A stretch of 63,952 bases of DNA, the filler included, from an uncultured bacterium (lineage in GTDB: Bacteria; CAZSTA01), in the NCBI GenBank assembly GCA_964609495.1. It is 4 parts of 4 records of this genome, joined end to end, with 100 filler letters (N's around TTAATTAATTAA, not from the genome) between each part and the next. Parts side by side here need not be neighbours in the genome. Positions count along the whole stretch, not along the records: positions 39,684 to 59,203 come from CAZSTA010000053.1; 3 more parts are not named here. One strand, given 5' to 3'. The notes below the pieces were generated by a model, which was not told where the DNA came from, searched no databases, and worked only from the letters and a program-made list of their open reading frames with translations. Shown piece by piece: positions 39,859 to 49,707 of the stretch (the stretch's first letter is position 1; each line of letters begins with the position of its first letter). A program made the position numbers and the translations under genes.

Positions 39859-39940
39859 ATAAAAATTCATATGTCTTCAGGTCCTCCAAGTCGGCGATTG
39901 AAAAGTTTACATAATATGTTTAGAGAGATTCGCTCGAATT

Positions 39941-39985
39941 GGGCTTCTGCTGGGTATATTTGCTTAGCTGAAGCTCTTTACTTTT
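39941..39985 (+). terminator. Rho-independent terminator
   Basis: GGGCTTC-T-GCTGGGTA / TGCTTAGC-T-GAAGCTC stem followed by TTTACTTTT. Confidence 0.6.
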
Positions 39986-40027
39986 GAAGCCGGGGAATTA
40001 GAGCTTTTCCATTCTCTACTAAAGCAG

Positions 40028-40056
40028 TTGCCTAATTTCTCAAAATATGTTAAAAT
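40028..40056 (+). promoter_or_regulatory. Sigma70 promoter of lon
   Basis: TTGCCT-17-TAAAAT with a TG extension. Confidence 0.65.
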
Positions 40057-40095
40057 ATATATAGAGAAATCGATGGACCTTAGGAGGTTTATGAA

Positions 40096-42471
40096 ATGGC
40101 TAAGATTGAAGAGTCGGAAAAAGTATCTGAGAATTTACATAATATACCCTTACATAATATACCCTCAGAGCTTCCCCTTTTACCCCTACGAAATTCTGTT
40201 ATCTTTCCCCGCTTGGTGATCCCTCTAGCTATAGGTAGGCCTAGATCCTCCAAGGCCGTTGAAGAGGCTATACTTAATCATAAGATGTTATGCGTAGTCG
40301 CTCAAAAGAGCCCGGAGATAGAAGAACCAACTCTTGAAGATATGTTCACTGTGGGAACTGCAGTGATTATTAAGAAGATAGCTAAGATGCCCGATGGGAG
40401 TTCCCAGATATTGGTAGAGGGTTTATGCCGCGTTAGAGTAAAGAAGAAACTCCAAGCCGATCCCTACGTAATAGTTATGATCGAGGAAATAGGCGAATCT
40501 CAACAGAGTTCCGTGGAGCTAGAGGCTCTAATGCGGATGGTAAATAGTCAACTAGAGCAATGCACCAAATTGGGAAAGACGATTCCTACCGATGTCCTAA
40601 TCACCGCGCTTAACATCAGTGATCCAGGGCATTTGGCAGATCTAGTTGCCTCCTCTTTTATGTCCAGTGTAGTCGATAGGCAAAACATATTGGAGACCTT
40701 CGATACCATAGAGAGATTACGAGAGATAACCGTATTCCTCGAGAAGGAGATACAACTTCTGAAGGTTCAGTCCAAGATTCAATATCATATTCAGAAGGAG
40801 ATGGGAAAGAGTCAGCGAGAGTATTACCTAAGGGAACAGATGAAAGCCATCCAGGAAGAACTGGGAGAGAAGGATGAGCTATCGGCTGAGATCGCTGAGT
40901 TCAAGGAGAAGATAAAGGATGCCGAGATGAGCGAAGAGGTAGAAAAGAAGGCTCTAAAAGAGGTTGATAGACTAGCGAAGATGCCCTCAGCCTCGGCTGA
41001 GGCAGTTGTTGTTCGCACCTACCTCGACTGGTTAGTAACGATTCCCTGGTCGATCGAGACGGAAGACAAACTCGATACCAAAGAAGCCGCTAAGATCCTC
41101 GATGAAGATCATTACGGCTTGGAGAAGCCTAAGGAACGAGTCATCGAGTATCTAGCTGTTCGTCAGCTAAAGAAGAAGATGAAGGGGCCCATCCTCTGTT
41201 TCGTAGGTCCTCCTGGGGTGGGAAAGACCTCCGTGGGGAGATCTATCGCTAGAGCCTTGGGAAGAAAGTTCATCCGAATGTCCCTAGGTGGCATCCATGA
41301 TGAGGCTGAGATTCGGGGACATCGCCGAACCTACATCGGCGCGCTTCCCGGTCGAATAATCCAAGGGATAAGACAAGCAGGTTCGCGCAATCCTGTCTTT
41401 ATGATCGACGAAATAGATAAAGTGGGAGCTGACTTCCGGGGAGATCCCTCCGCCGCGCTATTGGAAGTTCTTGATCCAGAGCAGAACAACAGCTTCCGAG
41501 ATCATTACCTAGACGTCCCCTTTGATCTATCCGCAGTGGTGTTTATTACTACCGCCAATATCCTTGACCCAATCCCTCCCGCGTTAAGAGATCGGATGGA
41601 GGTTTTGGAATTTCCTGGATACATACCTGAGGAGAAATTGGCGATAGCTCAGCAATTCCTAGTGCCGAAACAAATAGAAGCGCATGGTCTTACTAAAGAG
41701 CAGATTCAATTCACTGATTCTGCGATAATGATGATCATCAGCGAGTATACTCGCGAGGCAGGGGTGAGAAATGTTGAGCGAGAGATCGCGACTATCTGTC
41801 GCAAAGTTGCTCGCAAGATCGTAGAGGGAGAGGGGACAAGGGAGGAGGTTACCCCCGATATGTTGCGAGAATACCTCGGAGTTCCCAAATTCTTCAACGA
41901 AGTGCTAGAGGGGCAAGATCTCGTAGGAGTTGCGACTGGACTCGCCTGGACTCAGGCGGGAGGAGATATCCTCTTCTTCGAGGCAACGAAGCTTCCGGGC
42001 AAGGGAAACCTGGAGCTCACCGGACATCTGGGTGAAATTATGCAGGAGTCGGCTAAAGCCGCTTTAAGTTATGCCCGAGCCAATGCTAGGCGACTAGGAA
42101 TAGAGTCAAACTTTTATGAAAAATATGATATTCACCTCCACGTTCCGGCTGGTGCGATCCCAAAGGATGGCTCTTCGGCAGGAATCACTATCGCGACTGT
42201 GATAATCTCCGCTCTGACAGAGAGGCCAGTGCGCCGAGATATAGGGATGACTGGAGAGATAACCTTGCGAGGAAGAATTCTTCCCATAGGTGGAGTGCGA
42301 GAGAAGGTGTTGGCGGCTCACCGAATGGGGATAAGAAAGGTTATAATCCCCAGGAGAAATGAGAAGGATCTAGAGGAAGTTCCCGCGAAGGAGAAGGGCG
42401 AATTAGAATTCATCTTTGTGGATAGTATGGATGAGGTATTGAATATAGTCATCTCCTCATCCCCATCGTAA
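40096..42471 (+). CDS. lon: ATP-dependent Lon protease
   Basis: LPLLPLRN N-domain, [31 protein letters not shown] catalytic Ser, GGVREK catalytic Lys. Confidence 0.97.
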   Translation: MAKIEESEKVSENLHNIPLHNIPSELPLLPLRNSVIFPRLVIPLAIGRPRSSKAVEEAILNHKMLCVVAQKSPEIEEPTLEDMFTVGTAVIIKKIAKMPDGSSQILVEGLCRVRVKKKLQADPYVIVMIEEIGESQQSSVELEALMRMVNSQLEQCTKLGKTIPTDVLITALNISDPGHLADLVASSFMSSVVDRQNILETFDTIERLREITVFLEKEIQLLKVQSKIQYHIQKEMGKSQREYYLREQMKAIQEELGEKDELSAEIAEFKEKIKDAEMSEEVEKKALKEVDRLAKMPSASAEAVVVRTYLDWLVTIPWSIETEDKLDTKEAAKILDEDHYGLEKPKERVIEYLAVRQLKKKMKGPILCFVGPPGVGKTSVGRSIARALGRKFIRMSLGGIHDEAEIRGHRRTYIGALPGRIIQGIRQAGSRNPVFMIDEIDKVGADFRGDPSAALLEVLDPEQNNSFRDHYLDVPFDLSAVVFITTANILDPIPPALRDRMEVLEFPGYIPEEKLAIAQQFLVPKQIEAHGLTKEQIQFTDSAIMMIISEYTREAGVRNVEREIATICRKVARKIVEGEGTREEVTPDMLREYLGVPKFFNEVLEGQDLVGVATGLAWTQAGGDILFFEATKLPGKGNLELTGHLGEIMQESAKAALSYARANARRLGIESNFYEKYDIHLHVPAGAIPKDGSSAGITIATVIISALTERPVRRDIGMTGEITLRGRILPIGGVREKVLAAHRMGIRKVIIPRRNEKDLEEVPAKEKGELEFIFVDSMDEVLNIVISSSPS

Positions 42472-42522
42472 GTTTACATAAAAATTATAGTTGAAGGAAA
42501 GTTGAAAAGGAGGAGTTAACAA

Positions 42523-43476
42523 GTGGGCGAAAAGTATATGAGCATGCATCCCGCCATCACAAATGGCAAGAAGTCCTGGTATGAATTTATGAAGGTGGGA
42601 ATAATTCATTTTATGATCTTTCCCAGCACTATGAAGGGGGAAGGTCCCATTGTAGAGACGATAAGCAAGATCGCTAATGATGATTTCTTCACCGCCATCG
42701 AGATCTCTTGGATAAAGGATGACAAAGTCCGAGAGGAAGCTAAGAACGTTCTCGAAGTTAGTGGTTTGACGGTAGGTTATGGAGCACAGCCAGTCCTTCT
42801 ATCTCAGAAGCTTTCCCTTAATCACCTGGATGAGACCGAGCGCCAGAAAGCTATCGCTCAAATCAAGGCTTGTATAGATGAGGCTAATTATATGGGAATA
42901 GAACGAGTAGCGGTTCTCGCCGGTCCTGATCCAGGAGATGCGGATAGGGATAGAGCCTTTAAGTTGCTGGTAGATTCCCTTGATCAACTCTGCACTTACG
43001 CGGAAGATAAAGGGATGGGGATGACTCTGGAGACCTTCGATAGAGAGATTGACAAGAGGAGCCTGATCGGTCCTTCTGATTATGCCGTTAGGTTAGCGGA
43101 GGCGGTCAAGGAGAAGCATAACAACTTTGGATTGCTGTATGATCTGAGTCATGCCCCTCTTCTAGGGGAGAAGCCAAGCTATGCCCTACCTCTTCTCAAG
43201 GATCACCTAGTTCATATCCATATCGGTAACTGCGCGATGAGGGATAAAGAGCATCCAGCCTATGGTGATATGCATCCTCACTTCGGGATCAAGGGCGGAG
43301 AGAATGGGGTAGATGAACTAGCCGAGTTCCTCAGAGTTCTCTTCGAGATTGGATACTTCGATAAAGATGAGAAGCCCATCGTCAGCTTCGAGGTAATGCC
43401 TTTGCCAAATGAGACCTCTGAGCTAGTGATCGCTAACTCCAAGAGGACTCTCAGAGAGGCTTGGTTGAAGCTCTAG
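42523..43476 (+). CDS. Sugar phosphate isomerase/epimerase (TIM barrel)
   Basis: LETFD, YDLSH, HIHIGN, GDMHP, SFEV motifs; first gene of the inositol cluster. Confidence 0.82.
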   Translation: MGEKYMSMHPAITNGKKSWYEFMKVGIIHFMIFPSTMKGEGPIVETISKIANDDFFTAIEISWIKDDKVREEAKNVLEVSGLTVGYGAQPVLLSQKLSLNHLDETERQKAIAQIKACIDEANYMGIERVAVLAGPDPGDADRDRAFKLLVDSLDQLCTYAEDKGMGMTLETFDREIDKRSLIGPSDYAVRLAEAVKEKHNNFGLLYDLSHAPLLGEKPSYALPLLKDHLVHIHIGNCAMRDKEHPAYGDMHPHFGIKGGENGVDELAEFLRVLFEIGYFDKDEKPIVSFEVMPLPNETSELVIANSKRTLREAWLKL

Positions 43477-43613
43477 TTCGGCGGAGATGTCAGGTTGGGC
43501 ATAACAATAGAGGCTTGTTATATAGTTTCGCTATTCCGGAAGCTGGATTTCGGAATAGCGTTCTATCCTATTGAGAAATGATCAAAACTGCGAACCTTTC
43601 TCTTGATGAGTTT

Positions 43614-43716
43614 CCCCCTCACCCTATCCCTCTCCCACGAGGGGAGAGGGGATTCTTGAGACCTGCGACTCCTTCTATTCTCCCCTCCCTTGACGGGAGG
43701 GGTTAGGGGAGGGTGA
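43614..43716. repeat. Complete double-hairpin palindromic repeat
   Basis: CCCCCTCACCCTATCCCTCTCCCACGAGGGGAGAGGG...CCCCTCCCTTGACGGGAGGGGTTAGGGGAGGGTGA. Confidence 0.9.
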
Positions 43717-43780
43717 TTTAAGCAATTCTCCCTGAAATCTTTTGAAATTACATATATTTGATGAAAGGAGGTTCTCACTA

Positions 43781-44950
43781 ATGAAAGGACTAATACTTGA
43801 TGCTAAATGGGATCCTAAGCCTGACTACACGGTTAGCGAGTGGGAGAAGAAGACGGGAAAAGTTATCACTGGCAATAGTGTATGGCGATATCCCAAGCTG
43901 GAGGTCCGAGAGATTCCTAAACCTCAGATCGGTCCCAAAGATGTTCTACTTAGGATAAAAAATTGTGGAGTCTGTGGCTCTGATATGCACTTTTATGAGA
44001 CGGACAAGGCTGGCTATATCCTCTATCCGGGCTTAACTAAATTCCCTTCTATATTAGGTCATGAGTTCTCAGGAGTGGTAGAGGAAGTGGGAAGTGAGGT
44101 TACTGATCTTGTGCCTGGGGATATGGTTACTGCGGAGGAGATGATCTGGTGTGGAGAGTGTAAACCTTGCCGCGGAGGGTTTCCTAACCACTGCCAGAAT
44201 CTGGAGGAGATAGGTTTCACGATCAACGGGGCTTTCGCCGAGTATATAGCGGTCGGAGCTAAATACTGCTGGAAGATCAACTCTCTTATGGATGTGTATG
44301 AAGATGAGGGGACAGCCTTTGAAGTAGGGGCGACCGTTGAGCCAACTTCAGTCTCCTACAACGCTATCTTCGAGCGAGGAGGAGGCTTTAGACCAGGGGC
44401 TTATGTCGTAGTCTATGGTGCTGGACCAATCGGGTTGACCTCTATAGCTCTAGCCAAAGCCTCGGGAGCCGCGAAAGTTATCGCCTTTGAGATTTCGGAG
44501 GGAAGAAGAAGACTAGCGCCAGATATGGGAGCGGATTACGTCTTCGATCCACAAGCTTTGGAGAGGGATGGATCATCGCCGGCAGAAGTAGTTATGGATC
44601 TAACTTCGGGAGAAGGAGCGGACTTCCAGATCGAGGCGGCCGGTGCTCCAACTAAGACCATTCCTGAGATGGAGAAGACGCTGGCTATAAATGGCAAAGT
44701 GGTACAGATCGGACGAGCCGCGGAGCGTGTTCCTATGTATATCGAGACCTTCCAGGTTAGGAGAGCTCAATTATACGGTTCTCAAGGACACTCAGGGCAT
44801 GATATCTTCCCCAATGTCATCAGGATGATGGCTGCGAAGCTGATAGATAATTCTAAGATGATCACCGCTCGCTACCCGCTAGACGAGGTAGTAAGTGCTA
44901 TAGCTCAATCCACAATGAGACAAGATGGAAAGATTATGGTGAAAGTGTAA
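43781..44950 (+). CDS. iolM: Scyllo-inosose 3-dehydrogenase (zinc MDR)
   Basis: Characteristic N-terminus (AKWDPKPDY...GNSVWRYP), GYILYPGLT.FP..LGHEFSG, EEMIWCGEC, GSQGHSGH; ATG at 43781 after an AAGGAGG SD; clustered with iolN and iolO. Confidence 0.85.
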   Translation: MKGLILDAKWDPKPDYTVSEWEKKTGKVITGNSVWRYPKLEVREIPKPQIGPKDVLLRIKNCGVCGSDMHFYETDKAGYILYPGLTKFPSILGHEFSGVVEEVGSEVTDLVPGDMVTAEEMIWCGECKPCRGGFPNHCQNLEEIGFTINGAFAEYIAVGAKYCWKINSLMDVYEDEGTAFEVGATVEPTSVSYNAIFERGGGFRPGAYVVVYGAGPIGLTSIALAKASGAAKVIAFEISEGRRRLAPDMGADYVFDPQALERDGSSPAEVVMDLTSGEGADFQIEAAGAPTKTIPEMEKTLAINGKVVQIGRAAERVPMYIETFQVRRAQLYGSQGHSGHDIFPNVIRMMAAKLIDNSKMITARYPLDEVVSAIAQSTMRQDGKIMVKV

Positions 44951-44954
44951 AGGG

Positions 44955-45986
44955 GTGATAGAAGTGGCGGATACTATGTTAGCGGCTGTCTTTGAGGGAG
45001 AGGGTTCGCTCCACTTGAAGGAGGTCCCAGTTCCATCTATCAAAAAGGATGACGAGGTGCTTTTAGAAGTAGAGGCAGCTAGCATTTGCGGGACTGACGT
45101 TCATATCCTAGAAGTTCCTCCCGGACATCCTGCTACTCCCGGGGTAATATTAGGGCATGAATATACTGGTAAAGTAGTGGAGGTGGGAAAAGCGGTAGCA
45201 CATATCAAGGAGGGCGATCGAGTCGTGGTTGATCCTAATCCTTCTTGTGGATATTGTCGCTATTGCCAGATGGGATTGCCCAATATGTGCTCCAACCTCA
45301 CAACTTTGGGGATATTTATAGATGGGGGTTTTGCCCCCTACAATGTGGCTCCAGTTAAGGCATTATATAAGATATCTCCCGATCTAGCTCCTGAGATCGC
45401 GGTCTTCGCTGAACCTCTGTCCTGTGTAATGAATGGAGCTAGTAAGATCAAGCTCCAACCTGGAGAATCCGTGGTTATCCTAGGAGCAGGACCCATCGGA
45501 TTATACTTCACTCAGTTGTTTAAAGCTGGCGGAGCGGGTAAGATCATCGTCTCGGAGATAAATCCCTTCCGCAGTCGTTTCGCTATTGAAAGCGGAGCGG
45601 ATATGGTTATAGACCCAACCAACGAGGATTTAACGGGGATAGTGAGAAGAGAAACAGAGATCGGGGCTGATGTAGTGGTCGATGCGGTAGGCTCTCTCAT
45701 TCGTCAGGCGATGGCTATCATAAGGCGAGGCGGGAAGATACTTCTTTTCGGGATGAATGCCAATGCCCGCGCTGAGATCGCCCAAAATGATATAACTCGC
45801 AATGAAATCGAGCTTTTGGGGACTTACATAGCCAAAGCCACCTTTCCTCCAACGGTTAAAATCTTGGAGAGCGGAATATTGCCTCTGAGGAAGCTCATAA
45901 CTCATCAGCTCCCTCTAAGCGATATCCATAAGGGGATTGAGCTTATGAAGAGTGGAGAAGCGATAGAAATTGTAGTTAAACCCTAA
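44955..45986 (+). CDS. Zinc-dependent MDR dehydrogenase (sorbitol/threonine dehydrogenase-like)
   Basis: ICGTDVH, LGHE, CGYCRYC..G.PNMC, GAGPIG. Confidence 0.9.
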   Translation: MIEVADTMLAAVFEGEGSLHLKEVPVPSIKKDDEVLLEVEAASICGTDVHILEVPPGHPATPGVILGHEYTGKVVEVGKAVAHIKEGDRVVVDPNPSCGYCRYCQMGLPNMCSNLTTLGIFIDGGFAPYNVAPVKALYKISPDLAPEIAVFAEPLSCVMNGASKIKLQPGESVVILGAGPIGLYFTQLFKAGGAGKIIVSEINPFRSRFAIESGADMVIDPTNEDLTGIVRRETEIGADVVVDAVGSLIRQAMAIIRRGGKILLFGMNANARAEIAQNDITRNEIELLGTYIAKATFPPTVKILESGILPLRKLITHQLPLSDIHKGIELMKSGEAIEIVVKP

Positions 45987-46016
45987 GAACTTTTTACACT
46001 AGAAAGGAGATCAATA

Positions 46017-46985
46017 ATGGGAAATTGGAAACTGCCACCTGAGGGTGGGCATATGGAAAAAGCTGATAAAATCTATTTTCAGAATATGACTTACCACGAT
46101 ATCGAGGAGAGGCTCAAAAAGAACGATCTGATCATCATCCCCACGGGAAGCACCGAGGCTCATGGTCCTAGTGCTAATCCTGGGGAGGACACCTTCTTAG
46201 TCACCAGAATGGCTGAGCTTGTTGCTCAGAAGACCGGTTGCACCGTCGCCCAGCCCACCTGGTATGGTTCTCATCCCTACCATCATATGGGAATGCCCGG
46301 CACGATCGTGGTTCCCGAGGAGGTATTTGTAGGTCTATTGAAGGCGATTATGGCTGGCTTCTGGAATGCCGGATTTAGAAAGCAAATACTTCTCAACGGA
46401 CATGGGCAGGAGTATGTAATCCCTACTGCTATTCATCAATTCGCTAAGGAGTATCAGGTTCCCGGGGTCTTCATCAATCTGAACTGGTATCACGCCGTTC
46501 AAGATCATTTCAAGCTGAAGGAGGAAGGCGGTCCCTATGAAACTAACTTCATCCATGCTGATGAGGCGGAGACCTCTTGGGCTTTAGCCCTCTTCCCGGA
46601 GATGATCAATATGGAATATGCAGTCGATACCACCCCCAGAGGATATTTAAAAGAAGGGCATATCGATAAAGCTGGCAATCTCCTCCACCGCCCGATAGCT
46701 TGGTATGGGCAGGTGGGATGTGGTCCGATCGAGATCGCCGCTTATCCCGAAGGATGTGTGGGAAAGTCAACCTTAGGGGATGCGGAGAAGGCTAAACCGG
46801 GAGTTGAAGCTTTGTTGGATTATATGGTCGAACTTCACGATGATATAATGGAGAGATTTCCTGTCGGAGTTCTACCTCCTATCGAGGAAGTTACCCAGAG
46901 AAGAAAAGAGGATGTCGAGGCCGTAATCAAGGGTCCCTTAGCCGAGGGCGGAAGAAGCATCTATACGCTCAAATATCCTATGTAG
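46017..46985 (+). CDS. iolN: 3-dehydro-scyllo-inosose hydrolase (creatininase family)
   Basis: W.LPPEGGHM...IYFQNM, GSTEAHG, GEDT, YGSHPYHH.GMPGT, NGHGQE, HADEAET. Confidence 0.85.
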   Translation: MGNWKLPPEGGHMEKADKIYFQNMTYHDIEERLKKNDLIIIPTGSTEAHGPSANPGEDTFLVTRMAELVAQKTGCTVAQPTWYGSHPYHHMGMPGTIVVPEEVFVGLLKAIMAGFWNAGFRKQILLNGHGQEYVIPTAIHQFAKEYQVPGVFINLNWYHAVQDHFKLKEEGGPYETNFIHADEAETSWALALFPEMINMEYAVDTTPRGYLKEGHIDKAGNLLHRPIAWYGQVGCGPIEIAAYPEGCVGKSTLGDAEKAKPGVEALLDYMVELHDDIMERFPVGVLPPIEEVTQRRKEDVEAVIKGPLAEGGRSIYTLKYPM

Positions 46986-46996
46986 TCGTAATTCTG

Positions 46997-47036
46997 AGGC
47001 AGATCAGATCTTACTTAACTGAGATCTGATCTGCCT
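46997..47036. terminator. Strong intergenic hairpin (terminator or mRNA stabiliser)
   Basis: AGGCAGATCAGATCT/AGATCTGATCTGCCT 15-bp stem; weak U tract. Confidence 0.6.
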
Positions 47037-47090
47037 ATTAGCTGATAAAGAGAGGATAAAGTTTATCTTATAAGAATAGGGGGTGCCATC

Positions 47091-47900
47091 TTGAAATTAG
47101 CTTTAGTAGTCTCTACTCCTCAAGCAGAATTCTCCGCTTTAGCTATAAAGGATGAGCTAAGGGAGGGAATAAGAAAGGTGGCAGAATTGGGATATGATGG
47201 GGTGGAGTTAGCCATAAGGGATCCTAAACTGATCGATGCGGATTCGATCGAGGAGACCGTTAAAAAATACAATTTGGAAGTTCCAGCTATCGGGACCGGA
47301 CAAGCCTATGGTGAAGAAGGGATAAGCTTCTCCGACCCTAAACCAGAGGTTAGGGTGAAGGCTAAGGAGAGGATCGGAGCTCAGATAGAATTTGCTTCGC
47401 GCTTCGGTGCTCAGGTGATAATTGGCCTCATTCGCGGTATTATCCAGGAAGGAGTAACTTATGATAGAGCTGTGCATTGGACGATAGAAGGCTTACGTAG
47501 CTGTTCCCAAATAGCAAAAACGAACAATGTTAATATGGTTATAGAGCCAATCAATAGATATGAGACCAACTTCATCAATACGCTTCAAGAAGGTATTGAT
47601 TTTATCGAAAAGGTCGGTCGAGATGAGGTTACCCTGATGGCTGATGTCTTTCATATGAATATCGAAGAGCCTTCGATCTATAATAGTTTAATTGGGGCTA
47701 AGGATTATCTGACTCATATTCATTTTGCGGATAGCAATAGATGGGCCCCGGGTTCTGGTCATCTGGACTTCGCTGAGATAGGGAAGACTCTCAAAAGTAT
47801 AGGATATGACAAATTCATCTCGGTAGAGATATTGCCAAAGCCAAGTCCTGAGACCTGCGGAAAACTCAGCATAGATCATCTAAGAAAAGTGGGGTTTTAA
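47091..47900 (+). CDS. iolO: 5-keto-L-gluconate epimerase (TIM barrel)
   Basis: MKLALVVSTPQAEFSALA, GYDGVELAIRDP, AIGTGQA, VIIGLIRG, EPINRYET, DVFHMNIEE, ADSNRWAPGSGH. Confidence 0.85.
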   Translation: MKLALVVSTPQAEFSALAIKDELREGIRKVAELGYDGVELAIRDPKLIDADSIEETVKKYNLEVPAIGTGQAYGEEGISFSDPKPEVRVKAKERIGAQIEFASRFGAQVIIGLIRGIIQEGVTYDRAVHWTIEGLRSCSQIAKTNNVNMVIEPINRYETNFINTLQEGIDFIEKVGRDEVTLMADVFHMNIEEPSIYNSLIGAKDYLTHIHFADSNRWAPGSGHLDFAEIGKTLKSIGYDKFISVEILPKPSPETCGKLSIDHLRKVGF

Positions 47901-47907
47901 GATCAGA

Positions 47908-48263
47908 GTGAGCATGTAAAACTTCGGACTAGGTAGCTTTGGGAAGAAAGGAATGCTGTTGCCAATAAGCATCCCCCGATGATTAAAATATAACAATCTT
48001 AAAGCTAAGAGGTTATCTGGTCTAACTCATCCCTCTCCTCTCCTGCCTCCTACACACTATCAAATCTATCCCCTTCTCTATCCCTAACTCCTTATCCAGA
48101 TGGAAAAAATCCCTCCTACATCTTTTGCATCTTACCTTCTGTCTCTCTATCTCCCCTAATATCGTCTTTAGCTTCCTCTTCTCCTTACCATTTCGCTTTA
48201 CCTCCAATTGAATTTCTACCTATTCTCCTTTAAAGCCTATCAGCACAAAGTTTTAATGCTTAC
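47908..48263 (-). mobile_element. Internally deleted IS remnant (ISLre2/ISKra4-like) with imperfect TIRs and a 9-bp target-site duplication
   Basis: Ends GTGAGCATGTAAAACTT and AAGTTTTAATGCTTAC; flanks AAGATCAGA and AAGATCCGA; internal fragment 48022-48207 reads RKLKTILGEI...CKRC..FFHLDKELGI. Confidence 0.7.
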
Positions 48264-48354
48264 AAGATCCGACGCTTTTATCTTTTTGAAACTAACAAGG
48301 GTCAATCTTGGTATTATAAGAAGAAACCCAACTTATATTTTGGAGGATTGAGAA

Positions 48355-48780
48355 ATGAAAAGTGATATTAACAGAACAGGACAGGGGAAGAGAGGTATAT
48401 CCGAGGTTACTATAATTGGATATTTCCTATTGATCTTCGGGGTGCTAAATATTATAAATTTCTTTAGCCCGATTCCTATCCCTACGGTAGGAACCTTCGC
48501 CTTGGTAATGGGAGGCTTATGTATAGCTATAGCTTTATTTCTGCTCTCTCTTAATGAACCCAGGGTGTTAAGTTTGCCTAATAGGATCTTGAAGTTAGCT
48601 CAACTACACAACGGTATTCTAACTGTGCCTTTGGTGGCTGTGGAACTTGATATCCCCTTGAAAAAGGCAGAGAGGACCTTAAATGATCTGGCTAAAAAGG
48701 GATATGCGATAATGAGACTCTCCTCGGAGGAGGACGGGGTTATCATCTACGAATTCCCTGAATTTAGGAGGGAGGACTAA
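48355..48780 (+). CDS. Hypothetical two-TM protein with a C-terminal winged-helix-like domain
   Basis: Two hydrophobic helices, then ILKLAQLHNGILT...AERTLNDL...GVIIYEFP; GGAGG SD. Confidence 0.7.
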   Translation: MKSDINRTGQGKRGISEVTIIGYFLLIFGVLNIINFFSPIPIPTVGTFALVMGGLCIAIALFLLSLNEPRVLSLPNRILKLAQLHNGILTVPLVAVELDIPLKKAERTLNDLAKKGYAIMRLSSEEDGVIIYEFPEFRRED

Positions 48781-48781
48781 A

Positions 48782-49441
48782 CTGGTAACCTTCGAAGATG
48801 TAAAGCAGAATGAGAAGGTTAGAGCTTATATGAAGAGTGCCGATGAGTATCTAAAAGCTCTTGGCTATACCGAGCATGGATATCGGCATGGAAATTTGAC
48901 CGGGAATATCGCTCGTAATGTTCTTCTTCAGTTGGGGAAATCGGAGCGACTTGCAGAGCTAGCGGCGATAGCGGGTTTCCTTCATGATATTGGGAATATG
49001 GTAAATCGGGATGATCATGGACATAGCGGGGCTCTAATCTCCTTTTACATTTTAAACGAGATGGGGATGGATCCCGAGGAGATAGGATTAATAACAGGAG
49101 CAATAGGCAATCATGAGGAGGAGAACGGGGTCGCTTTGAACGATATCTCAGCCGCAGTAGCCCTGGCTGATAAATCGGATGTGCATAGATCTAGGGTTAG
49201 GAATATCGATCCCTCCACCTTCGATATCCATGATCGGGTGAACTATGCCGTAGAGAGATCTTTCTTACGAGTAGACTCGGAGAGGAAGACCATCACCTTG
49301 GAATTAACGATAGACACTGCTATATCTCAAGTGATGGAGTACTTCGAGATATTTCTGCTTAGGATGATCTTCTGCCGCCGAGCCGCAGAGATATTAGGAT
49401 GTAAGTTTAAGTTGGTGATTAATGAGATTGAGCTATTGTAA
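48782..49441 (+). CDS. HD-domain phosphohydrolase, probable CTG start at 48782
   Basis: GYTEHG.RH, FLHDIGN, ADKSDVHRSRVR, DIHDRVNYAV; GGAGG SD 6 nt before an in-frame CTG. Confidence 0.88.
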   Translation: MVTFEDVKQNEKVRAYMKSADEYLKALGYTEHGYRHGNLTGNIARNVLLQLGKSERLAELAAIAGFLHDIGNMVNRDDHGHSGALISFYILNEMGMDPEEIGLITGAIGNHEEENGVALNDISAAVALADKSDVHRSRVRNIDPSTFDIHDRVNYAVERSFLRVDSERKTITLELTIDTAISQVMEYFEIFLLRMIFCRRAAEILGCKFKLVINEIELL

Positions 49442-49466
49442 TCTAGGAGATCGGGGTTGAATAAAG

Positions 49467-49688
49467 ATGGCTAACATAAAAAAGAAAGCCGCGGTAGCAA
49501 ATGAGATTAAGAAAGAGCGAAAAGAGCTCGGGGTATTTGGGACAGCTCTAATAAGTGGTTTGGTGGCTTTTCTCTATTGGCTGTTACCTGATCTAATGCC
49601 TGGTAGTCCCATAGATGATATAATTGTGATCTTAATCGCTGGCTTAATACCATTAGTGAAATGGGTGACTCGAAGGATTAGGAAATAG
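49467..49688 (+). CDS. Small membrane protein, DUF1232/YkvA-like
   Basis: LYWLLPDLMPG.PIDD motif between two TM segments. Confidence 0.55.
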   Translation: MANIKKKAAVANEIKKERKELGVFGTALISGLVAFLYWLLPDLMPGSPIDDIIVILIAGLIPLVKWVTRRIRK

Positions 49689-49707
49689 CATCTTAGGGCA
49701 TATTAGC

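Noticed and set aside
43563-43778. 71-aa minus-strand ORF (HPPLTPPVKGGE...SPLPSWERDRVRG)
   Set aside because: It is the translation of the palindromic repeat, not a gene.
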